Virus record (IMG/VR): IMGVR_UViG_3300032303_002980
Location: 1-43,215 of that record
Reading direction: 5' to 3' (one strand)
DNA length: 43,215 nucleotides
Source of the DNA: a virus
Lineage: Duplodnaviria > Caudoviricetes
The position numbers and the translations under genes are program-made. The notes beneath the pieces are model-generated. The model had not been told where the DNA came from. It searched no databases and saw nothing but the letters and a program-made list of their open reading frames with translations. Each line of letters starts with the position of its first letter. Position 1 is the first letter of the stretch. Positions 10,241 to 18,164 of the stretch are shown here, piece by piece.

Positions 10241-10270
10241 AAAATAGGGGGTGTTTCCACCCCCATTTTA
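10241..10270 (-). terminator. Intrinsic terminator downstream of ssb
   Basis: Minus strand GGGGGTG-GAAA-CACCCCC followed by TATTTT: a 7-bp GC-rich stem with a GNRA loop. Confidence 0.8.
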
Positions 10271-10295
10271 TTGAATAGTTATATATTAATCCTAA

Positions 10296-10685
10296 TCAAA
10301 AAGCAACTGCTTCTTGTGATGAAGACTCTTGGTTCTTATTAGATCCTTTGGACAATCTGGTGATCTTTGAAAAGTTATTTACTCTAACCTTTAGAGTGCT
10401 ATGCTTAATACCATCTTTTTCCCAAGAATCATTTCTCAATGAGCCTTCTACCATTACTAGATCACCCTTTTTTAGTGATTCTGCAATAGTATCAGCACCA
10501 GTATCCCAGGCTTCGCAATTAATAAAAGAAGTAATCTTGTCCTTTTCACCATTCGCTTTGGTATACTCTCTTGATACGGCGATAGTAAAATTAACTACAG
10601 ACGTTTGCTTCCCACCAGTATTTACTACTCTTAGTTCTGGGTCTCTAGCAAGATTACCTTTTAGCAATGTTATATTCATTATCAA
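10296..10685 (-). CDS. ssb: Single-stranded DNA-binding protein
   Basis: MN...L.GNLARDPELR, FTIAV.R, FINCEAW, LKKGDLVMVEGSLR..SWEKDG; ends in AF. Confidence 0.95.
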   Translation of the reverse strand: MIMNITLLKGNLARDPELRVVNTGGKQTSVVNFTIAVSREYTKANGEKDKITSFINCEAWDTGADTIAESLKKGDLVMVEGSLRNDSWEKDGIKHSTLKVRVNNFSKITRLSKGSNKNQESSSQEAVAF

Positions 10686-10724
10686 AACTCCTAAATGGAA
10701 GTAAATTTAACCGCAACCAGATTT

Positions 10725-10753
10725 ATTATAGCTCGGAGGCGTACTTGTGTCAA
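10725..10753 (-). promoter_or_regulatory. Perfect sigma70-type promoter upstream of ssb
   Basis: TTGACA (10753-10748), 17 nt spacer, TATAAT (10730-10725); SD AGGAG precedes the ssb start. Confidence 0.9.
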
Positions 10754-12372
10754 GTGGCCGGAAAAAAACATTTATCTACTACTAGGCCGTCTTTTGTTTT
10801 GCTTCTAGTCCCGATAAATACAAGAATATTTCCAGAAAATAAAACTGACTTATATTTGGAATATGTCTCTGGAAAAAATATAACAGAGTCTAGTGAGCCG
10901 AACTGATCCTCTATTGTTACAAATGCCATCTCTAAACCGGGATTTTTACCATTTTTGGTCTTTGTAACATTGATATAAGATATCTCGCCAACAATAATAA
11001 TATTTTGGTTTAATGATGTTTTAAAATTTTTGCAATTACAATTAGCATTACTTATATCATACATATCTAATTTAGAACAGCTTATACTAGTTCCTATAAG
11101 ATCATTTTCAGAATCAGATAACCATTCTATTTTATCTATTAAAGAATATGGTGGATGATTAACTAAAGAAACAAGACCAGATACAGAGTCTTTTCTGGTT
11201 TTAATCAATTTATGATTTAGCAATATATTTTTTAATATCTCAGCTACAGAAGAATCTTGATTTTGATTGCATAATTCTTTAAATGTTTCTGTCTCTTTTT
11301 TAGTTAGTTTACTACAGATATCATATTCAAATAAAAGTTCCGATCTGTTCTTTTTAAAATAATCAAATGCACCAGCACTTATTAAGTTTTTTGCTGCTAT
11401 AGAATTAATATTTAATAATACTAGATTTAGTATCTGAGTCCAACTTAATTTTTGGACATCATCAGGAGATACTAAGCTAAGAATTTTTTTATATACAGAC
11501 TGTCCAACCCCCTTTATGTCAGTTAAGCCGAAATAGATAATTTTATTCTTTAGTATAGATAGCTCATTTAAGTTTCTAAAATCCGGAATTCTTATATCTA
11601 TATCCATTTCTATAGCATTTTTTACCAATTCTTTTATTTCTTGCTGTGGATCTATTTTATCTTTAGCAAATCTTAGATAAGAAGCGAAAAAGACTCTTGG
11701 AAAATGTGCTTTTGCATATGCAGAAAGATATGCATTCATAGCATAGCTTATAGAATGACTAGCATTAAACAAATATCTTTGGCTTTTTTCAATCCATTCG
11801 AAAATTTGCTCTGCTTCTAAGTCAGTAATTAGTCCTGTTTTTTTAGCACCAGAAATAAATTTTTTCTTAACTTTTGCCATTTTGTCTGCTTGTTTTTTTC
11901 CAATAGCTTTTCTTAAGTCATCTGCTTCTTTCAGGTTAAAACCAGCTAATTCTTTAGCTATAGACATAGCCTGTTCTTGATATATCATCTCTGAATAAGT
12001 ATCTTTAAGAATTGGTTCTAGAGCAGAATGAAAATAGTCTATCGATTCAAGTCCATTTTTTTTATCTATATAATGGTTAGATACACTTTTCCCATCTCTC
12101 ATAGCCTCTAGACATCCTGGACGCAATATGCTGACTAGACCAGATAGTTGATGTATATTTTGAGGCTTTAGTTTTCTTGCCATTGTTTGTCCAAGTCTGG
12201 ACTCCAATTGGAAACAACCTTTAGTATTACCCTCTGATATTAAATCCCATGTTTTTTTACATTCCAAATTTATATTGGAAATTTTAGGAGAAAAATCAAT
12301 TTGTGGTATATTATTATGATTGCCAATAATTGGAAATTTACATCCACAATCGAATGCGAAAAATTCTGACAT
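10750..12372 (-). CDS. dnaE: DNA polymerase III alpha, C-terminal half (fingers, HhH, OB fold)
   Basis: GNTKGCFQLES, LRPG, IYQEQ, EADDLRKAIGKK, YLFNASHS.SY, GLTDIKGVG, MAFVTIED..G. Confidence 0.92.
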   Translation of the reverse strand: MSEFFAFDCGCKFPIIGNHNNIPQIDFSPKISNINLECKKTWDLISEGNTKGCFQLESRLGQTMARKLKPQNIHQLSGLVSILRPGCLEAMRDGKSVSNHYIDKKNGLESIDYFHSALEPILKDTYSEMIYQEQAMSIAKELAGFNLKEADDLRKAIGKKQADKMAKVKKKFISGAKKTGLITDLEAEQIFEWIEKSQRYLFNASHSISYAMNAYLSAYAKAHFPRVFFASYLRFAKDKIDPQQEIKELVKNAIEMDIDIRIPDFRNLNELSILKNKIIYFGLTDIKGVGQSVYKKILSLVSPDDVQKLSWTQILNLVLLNINSIAAKNLISAGAFDYFKKNRSELLFEYDICSKLTKKETETFKELCNQNQDSSVAEILKNILLNHKLIKTRKDSVSGLVSLVNHPPYSLIDKIEWLSDSENDLIGTSISCSKLDMYDISNANCNCKNFKTSLNQNIIIVGEISYINVTKTKNGKNPGLEMAFVTIEDQFGSLDSVIFFPETYSKYKSVLFSGNILVFIGTRSKTKDGLVVDKCFFPAT

Positions 12373-12373
12373 A

Positions 12374-13075
12374 TTATGTGTTTACGAATGAACCTTTAAA
12401 TTTAATTTTTTGAGCCATACTGCGATGCAGTTTCAAAAAACGAATCAATATATCTGCTGTGTCCTTTACGTCCTTTAAAGCGTCGTGTGCTCCTTCTTTG
12501 GATATTCCTAAATAATCTCGTAAATTATCAAGAGTATAATTTTTTAATTCATTATTGCCCTCAAACCAATAAAATACGATATTCATCATATCTATAACAT
12601 CTCTAGGATAAAACAAGGATGTTTTACCTTCTTTGTTTAGATTATTATGTTTCTTACTTAGTCTCTCTATAATTCTTAGGTCAAACCTATTGATATTATA
12701 TCCTGCAGCAATAGGTGCTGTAAAGCAAGATTTTTTACCACCATGAGATCTCGTATGGTACATTTCTAAATAAGATACAAATGCTGACCATCCGTGTTCC
12801 TGTTTTTGGTATTCTTTCCATGATTTCAAAACATCGTCTTTTGAAGCACTTTTGACCTTAGCATGAAACTCTAGTACGTCTGAGTCCCCGTATGCATAAT
12901 CAGGCTGAGTGTCCAAAATGTCTGGCCTTAAAGTAATATTAAATTCGGAATCAGGAATAATTTCAAGATGAACAGGATCTATAACTATTGCAGCGATCTG
13001 AACTGGACTGCAAGCATCTGGATTGATGCCATCAGTTTCAAAATCGAAAACACAAATTTTTTGAGTATTAGCCAT
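12374..13075 (-). CDS. dnaQ: DEDDh 3'-5' exonuclease (DnaQ/epsilon-like)
   Basis: VFDFETDG (ExoI), GYNINRFDL (ExoII), HDALKDV (ExoIII). Likely start is ATG 13075, overlapping the upstream stop. Confidence 0.88.
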   Translation of the reverse strand: MANTQKICVFDFETDGINPDACSPVQIAAIVIDPVHLEIIPDSEFNITLRPDILDTQPDYAYGDSDVLEFHAKVKSASKDDVLKSWKEYQKQEHGWSAFVSYLEMYHTRSHGGKKSCFTAPIAAGYNINRFDLRIIERLSKKHNNLNKEGKTSLFYPRDVIDMMNIVFYWFEGNNELKNYTLDNLRDYLGISKEGAHDALKDVKDTADILIRFLKLHRSMAQKIKFKGSFVNT

Positions 13076-13247
13076 TAACATTCACCACAGTGTTTGGTGC
13101 AAGGTATGTTTTTTGCGAAGAGTCGCTAACGGCATAACAATTTACGCTTTTGCAACAACTAATTCTTACATCGTCGGTCTTAACATATTCTATGCCATTG
13201 ACTGTAAAAATAGATCCAACTGCAACTTCTGATAATGGTTTTTCCAT
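13068..13247 (-). CDS. Small 59 aa protein missed by the ORF track (MEKPLSEVAVGSIFTVNGIEYVKTDDVRISCCKSVNCYAVSDSSQKTYLAPNTVVNVNG)
   Basis: Strong SD AAGGAG upstream of ATG 13247. It fills the dnaE-N/exonuclease gap, and its stop overlaps the next start (ATGGCTAA). Confidence 0.8.
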   Translation of the reverse strand: MEKPLSEVAVGSIFTVNGIEYVKTDDVRISCCKSVNCYAVSDSSQKTYLAPNTVVNVNG

Positions 13248-13249
13248 TG

Positions 13250-15134
13250 TTATTCTCCTTTTGCTAAAATATTTGAAACTGTCATAATTTTATCTAACAT
13301 TGCAACACCAAGAATATCAAATTTAATCAATCCAAGATTTTCTAGATCTTGCATTTCCATTCCCGCAATTGATTGGTGATTTTTTGAATCATAAATCATT
13401 GGACACATTTGATCCAATTTTTGACTACTAATAACTACACCGGCAGCGTGTTTGGACTGATTAGATTTTGTACCCTCTAAGCGTATGGCTTGCTCAAAGC
13501 GTTTCGCAAGTGGACCCATGAGAGTACCATCACTAGATATATAGCACCATTCCTTGAGCTTGTCAACGTTGTTTTCTAATGCCCAACGTATAATAGATGC
13601 TTCGCCCGTGTCTTCTTTCATTTCTTGCAGTTCATCTGCTATTTTTGCTTCATCAGGAATAAATTTGGTAATTTTATTCATTTCATCAAATGTAACGTTG
13701 CCATATACTCTTAATACTTCTTTTAAGGCACCTCGACCTTTCATCGTATTAAATGTTATCATTTGAGAAACCTTATCTTTACCGTATTTATTTTTAATAT
13801 ATTCTATAATATTTTCTCTTTTATTGATAGGAACATCAACGTCAATATCTGGCATAGATATATGATCAGTAGTATTTCTACCTTCATTATAAAATCTTTC
13901 AAATAATAGATTATATTTTAAAGGATTTATTTCTGTAATACCAATTAAATACGAGACTAAGCATCCTGCTGCACTTCCTCTTCCTGGTCCTGGAAGCCAC
14001 TCACTCTTCTTGACATAATTTACAATATCTTGCACTATAAGAAAGTAACTAGATAATCCAGCTTTTTGTAAAATATCTAATTCTAATTTTACTCTATCTG
14101 CATATCTTGTGTGCTCAGACTCTGGAATATCATTCATTATCTTTTCTCTCCAACCATCTCTACATAATTGTCTCAGATATTCTTCTGGATTAGAATTATT
14201 TGGACATTCAAAAGCTGGAAGTAATGGCTTACTGAGAATAGAATACTCCTCACATAAAGAATCAACAAAAAATGTATTCTCTAGTTCTTCTTGTGTGTGT
14301 ATACTTTGCATCTCTAACATATCTGGAATATGAAAATTATCAGATCTGAAAAAACACTCCATAGGAATCTGCTCATTAACAAGCATTTTTTTATTAACAT
14401 CTATTAAAGTTGTTTTTAGATTATTGCATAATAATATTCTCTGATCAATTGCGTCCTGTCTTTCACAATAATGAGCATCAGGGGTGGCTATGATTTTTGT
14501 TCCTGTTTTTTGAGACAAATCTCTCATAACTTGTGTCATTTGAAATTGTGATGGATTAATTTGTTGATCTATTAATTGGGCTTCTAGAAAAAAGTTATCT
14601 TTACCAAATATCTCTTTCATATAAGATATATAGGACAAAGATTCTGTAAGATAATCGTCTTTATTAGCCTCTATAATATCTGATAAAAATGATCCTAGAT
14701 GTCCACAAAAACCAATAACGTTACCATCTAAAAACTCTGACAATCTATTAAAGCTAATTCTTGGTTTACGATAAAAGTTATCTGATTTGTTAGACTCTGA
14801 TATTATATTAATTAGAGTTTTCCACCCTAATAAATTTTTAGCTAATAATAAAAAGTGACTTAGTTCGCCATTTGATTTATCTTTTATATTAGAATCCTGT
14901 TTGCATACATAAATTTCACAACCTAATATAGGCTTGATATTTTTTGATTTCATTGCCTGATAAAACTGTACACAACCAGATATTGATCCATGGTCAGTTA
15001 TTGCACAACTTTTAGCACTTATAGAAGAACATCTATTTGCTATCTGATTAGGTTTACTTAGTCCATCCAGTAGAGAATAATGTGATTCTCTAAGAATGGA
15101 CGTGCAAAGGAACATATCCTTTATTCACGTCCAT
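13250..15134 (-). CDS. dnaE: DNA polymerase III alpha, N-terminal half (PHP + palm/thumb), interrupted by a 10-nt gap at 15083-15092
   Basis: SHYSLLDG, AITDHG, GCEIY, DAHY, GPGRGSAAG, LLFERF, MPDIDVD, HAAGVVI, KFDILG. The first 14 codons (MDVNKGYVPLHVHS) lie in a different frame from ATG 15134. Confidence 0.92.
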
Positions 15135-15172
15135 CTATATTTTCTCCTTTTTGTGGGATTTAATCAAAATAC

Positions 15173-16216
15173 TCACATACTTCCCGGAGCTTTGTAATGG
15201 CCAAAAGTATGGTTTGGGTGCTTGTACACTGGCATTATACCATTGATTCCATACAAGTCAAGATCGTGTTTTACTTGTTCACATTTGGTCATGGTCTGAT
15301 CTTTTTTACATAATTGACCATCTCTGTATTCTTCGATAGGATCTACATTCGTTCCTTCAAATGTTGTTTTGCCAAAAAAACATAATTTACTACACATCCA
15401 ACTCTTATGTAGTTTAGGCTTTTTTGTGTGTTTAATATGATTAAATTTTTCTCTTAATATATCTTCTGTAGAAGAAAGATCATAATCATGAAAACATATA
15501 GAAAATGGCCCACCATCATTTATAAAATAAATAGAGAAAATAACATTTTTGATATTTGGATATAGTTGTTTAATGGCATAATGATATATTTTTAATTGAG
15601 GATCTTTTTCAAGTTTTTCCTGGGTTTTTTCTTGTCCGGTAGCCCAGTCTAGTCTTTTGCCAGTTTTCCAATCTATAACCTCTATGGTGTCATCATTTAC
15701 TTTTGTAATAAGATCGATGGTGCCTTTTAAAGCCAAGTGTCCTGAGAGAGTTTTGCCGTCTCCTAGGTCATAGGAATACTGTGACCAAGGCTTGCGAATC
15801 TCAAAGTCAAAGTGCTGCTCTGGTTGAAGTATATCTCTATTTCTTGGATCAAACATTCCATTATTTAAATTAATAGCTTTATAAACCCACTCTTTACAGT
15901 CTTTGTGATCTTTATTTGACCATTTGTGATGCGGAGAGTTCTTGGAGTAAAAAGAATATACCTGATCAATAATTGTGTCTAAATCATAATTTATTACATC
16001 AATATCTCCAAGTATATCATCATTTATCTTAGATAGATTATCTTGCGTCCCCTTTTTAATACAAGCAAGAATCTCCAAAACTTTATGAACTATCGTTCCT
16101 TTGTCTGCCTTTTGACCTGATGGACCTCTCCACCCCAACACATATTCTAGAAAATATTGTTGTTCGCACATACTGTGTGTATTAAATGAGCTGCTTCTAA
16201 AATATGTAATTATCAT
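15173..16216 (-). CDS. PD-(D/E)XK exonuclease, Cas4/RecB/AddB-like
   Basis: RSSS....C..QY, GTIVHKVLE, LKGTIDLI, IEVIDWKTG, QLKIY, plus C-terminal Cys residues (WMCSKLC...C). Confidence 0.85.
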   Translation of the reverse strand: MIITYFRSSSFNTHSMCEQQYFLEYVLGWRGPSGQKADKGTIVHKVLEILACIKKGTQDNLSKINDDILGDIDVINYDLDTIIDQVYSFYSKNSPHHKWSNKDHKDCKEWVYKAINLNNGMFDPRNRDILQPEQHFDFEIRKPWSQYSYDLGDGKTLSGHLALKGTIDLITKVNDDTIEVIDWKTGKRLDWATGQEKTQEKLEKDPQLKIYHYAIKQLYPNIKNVIFSIYFINDGGPFSICFHDYDLSSTEDILREKFNHIKHTKKPKLHKSWMCSKLCFFGKTTFEGTNVDPIEEYRDGQLCKKDQTMTKCEQVKHDLDLYGINGIMPVYKHPNHTFGHYKAPGSM

Positions 16217-17004
16217 TTATTAGTTTCTATAATTTGAGAAAGTATGGCTTTTGACTGATCAAAATATTCAGTAATATTGATATTATCATTTTCTATGATG
16301 TGATCAAAATTAGACCAATCATAATTGTCTTTATCCAATACTGTCTCACTTGTGTGATCTGAGTTAAAAGGATTTCTAGTTAGTCTAATTACTGAACCTC
16401 CCATATTCCTAATTGATTCTACCTCATTAGGAAATCGACAGTCTGTAATAATGGCAACTTCTGGTTGTTCATTTAATATTTTGTTGATTGTGCTGCGAAC
16501 CCAAACGTCTGTTTTCATTTTCCTGAACATATCGGTTCCAACAAACTGCATCACTTGTCTGGCTGTCATGTATCCACTAGGATCATGATCAGAGCTATTT
16601 AAATTAGACACCTCATATCCTGGCATATTTTTCCACATAATATCAGTTAGTGTATTTTTTTTATCATCATCACCATAGCACTGCCCATATGATAAACCAA
16701 GCATATTCATGCAAATATCATTCTTTAAAATATCTGCAAAATTATAAATTTTAACTTTCTTGTTAAGTTTTTCTAATGCTATGTTGATTCTTTGGTCATT
16801 AAATACTTCTTTATACATTCTTGTATCAAAAATTCCCTTAAACCTATCGTCGTCTAATAAGTCTGATACTAAAAGCTCGCCAGTTTCGGTATCTATATAT
16901 ATTGATTTAGCATAATCAAGCTTTGCTAAAAAAATAGAAATTGCAAAGTTACCGAATGTGCTTTTTCCAGACTGTTTTCTTCCGGATATTCCGATTATTT
17001 TCAT
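16213..17004 (-). CDS. Deoxynucleoside monophosphate kinase (T4 gp1-like)
   Basis: IIGISGRKQSGKST P-loop, FADILK, TARQVMQFVGTD..R, ITDCRFPNE, H.SE..LD. Confidence 0.88.
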   Translation of the reverse strand: MKIIGISGRKQSGKSTFGNFAISIFLAKLDYAKSIYIDTETGELLVSDLLDDDRFKGIFDTRMYKEVFNDQRINIALEKLNKKVKIYNFADILKNDICMNMLGLSYGQCYGDDDKKNTLTDIMWKNMPGYEVSNLNSSDHDPSGYMTARQVMQFVGTDMFRKMKTDVWVRSTINKILNEQPEVAIITDCRFPNEVESIRNMGGSVIRLTRNPFNSDHTSETVLDKDNYDWSNFDHIIENDNINITEYFDQSKAILSQIIETNK

Positions 17005-18164
17005 ATATCATATCCTATAATGAATGGTTTAATTTCTTGATCTATTTGAGATAGTGTCATTTCTGCAATATCAGGAGCAGAGATCTTTATATTTTTTACA
17101 TTGTAAATTCTAGAACATTTATCATAAATGATTTGTGCGGCTTTTTGCCCCGCATCGTCGTTATCCATAATTGTAATCAGATTCATTGCTCCAGATATAT
17201 CTAATAGCATTTTTTGTTTATTGCTCAAAGAAGAACCGAGTAATGCAACACTATTATGGATTCCTGCCTCTTCTAGCTTCCAAACATTGCCAGGACTTTC
17301 AACAACTATTACTGTTTTGGTCTTAAGTATCGACTCTTTGGCAAACCAGAAATTATACAAGCATTCTTGTGTTTTAAAATTTTTGCTGTGCTTCCATTTA
17401 GAAAATAGCCACTTATCTTTATCTGGCGGACATGCTTTATTATCGTCATGATAACATGAGCATGTATTGCATTTATCAAAAATAGATCTGCCAGAACAAC
17501 CTATCATGCCCATCATATCGTTATCATATATCGGGACAACAGATCGTCCAGACATTTCTTTTCCCAAACCTCGACATTCTCCAACGTCGTATTTAATTAA
17601 TACGTCTTTAGAAAATCCACGATCAATAAAATATTCGGATGGTATATCTAATGATTTTTTTACTATTTGTCTAGGTACTGATTGATTTTGGTGAGTTTTT
17701 TCAGACGATATATTTTGTATAGCTTTAACGAAATTGTGCTTTTCTGTTGCTTTTTTTGATACTTTAATTTTAGAAAGGTCTTGCTTAGAAAAATTAACAG
17801 CAAAATTTAAAGCATCATCAAAAGATACCATTGGATCATTGAGCTTGGACCATCCGTTATGGTGAGATAAACATCCTCTGATGAATCCAATAATTGATGA
17901 CTTAAAAACCTCTTCACATCCGTGTGTTCTACATTTCCAATTACCTCTATAAGAATCTCCCTTATAGTACAAATTAAATGCAGAATCATTATCCCCACCA
18001 TGAACGGGGCAGCTCATTGTAACCATTTTGTCTAGTAGTTTATAATCATCAATGCATAAAGTTTGCAATAATCTTTCAATATCATCACAGATAATGTCAG
18101 ATAAATGCTTCAGTTGCTGTTGATTATACGAAAGGAATTTCTTCATCTTGTACTTGGTCGTCAT
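17001..18164 (-). CDS. dnaG: DNA primase (CHC2 zinc finger + TOPRIM)
   Basis: CPVHGGDN...WKC...C; YFIDRG; VPIYD..GCSGR; VIVVES..N, ALLGS, IMDNDDAGQKA. Confidence 0.9.
   Translation of the reverse strand: MTTKYKMKKFLSYNQQQLKHLSDIICDDIERLLQTLCIDDYKLLDKMVTMSCPVHGGDNDSAFNLYYKGDSYRGNWKCRTHGCEEVFKSSIIGFIRGCLSHHNGWSKLNDPMVSFDDALNFAVNFSKQDLSKIKVSKKATEKHNFVKAIQNISSEKTHQNQSVPRQIVKKSLDIPSEYFIDRGFSKDVLIKYDVGECRGLGKEMSGRSVVPIYDNDMMGMIGCSGRSIFDKCNTCSCYHDDNKACPPDKDKWLFSKWKHSKNFKTQECLYNFWFAKESILKTKTVIVVESPGNVWKLEEAGIHNSVALLGSSLSNKQKMLLDISGAMNLITIMDNDDAGQKAAQIIYDKCSRIYNVKNIKISAPDIAEMTLSQIDQEIKPFIIGYDI

Noticed and set aside
12300-13330. Split intein or self-splicing intron joining the DnaE halves
   Set aside because: No intein terminal motifs are present, and the intervening DNA is fully occupied by two ordinary ORFs.
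15090-15092. Genome-wide TAG reassignment or simple stop read-through
   Set aside because: Reading through TAG stays out of frame (RITLFSTGWTK then TAA). Other genes are intact under the standard code and some end in TAG.
15086-15095. RF2-style +1 frameshift at TCT TAG
   Set aside because: It needs a Ser tRNA to re-pair from UCU to CUU, has no SD just upstream, and would insert three residues (RES) into the metal-binding motif. Less parsimonious than a hop.
15083-15115. ORF-track start ATG 15115 (MFLCTSILRES) as the true DnaE start
   Set aside because: It drops the PHP HxH motif, which is encoded in the overlapping frame, and the AAAGGA lies only 1 nt from this ATG, too close for an SD. Not formally excluded.
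15173-16216. CRISPR-Cas system suggested by the Cas4-like nuclease
   Set aside because: No repeat-spacer array or other cas genes were seen; solo Cas4-like nucleases are common in phage replication modules.
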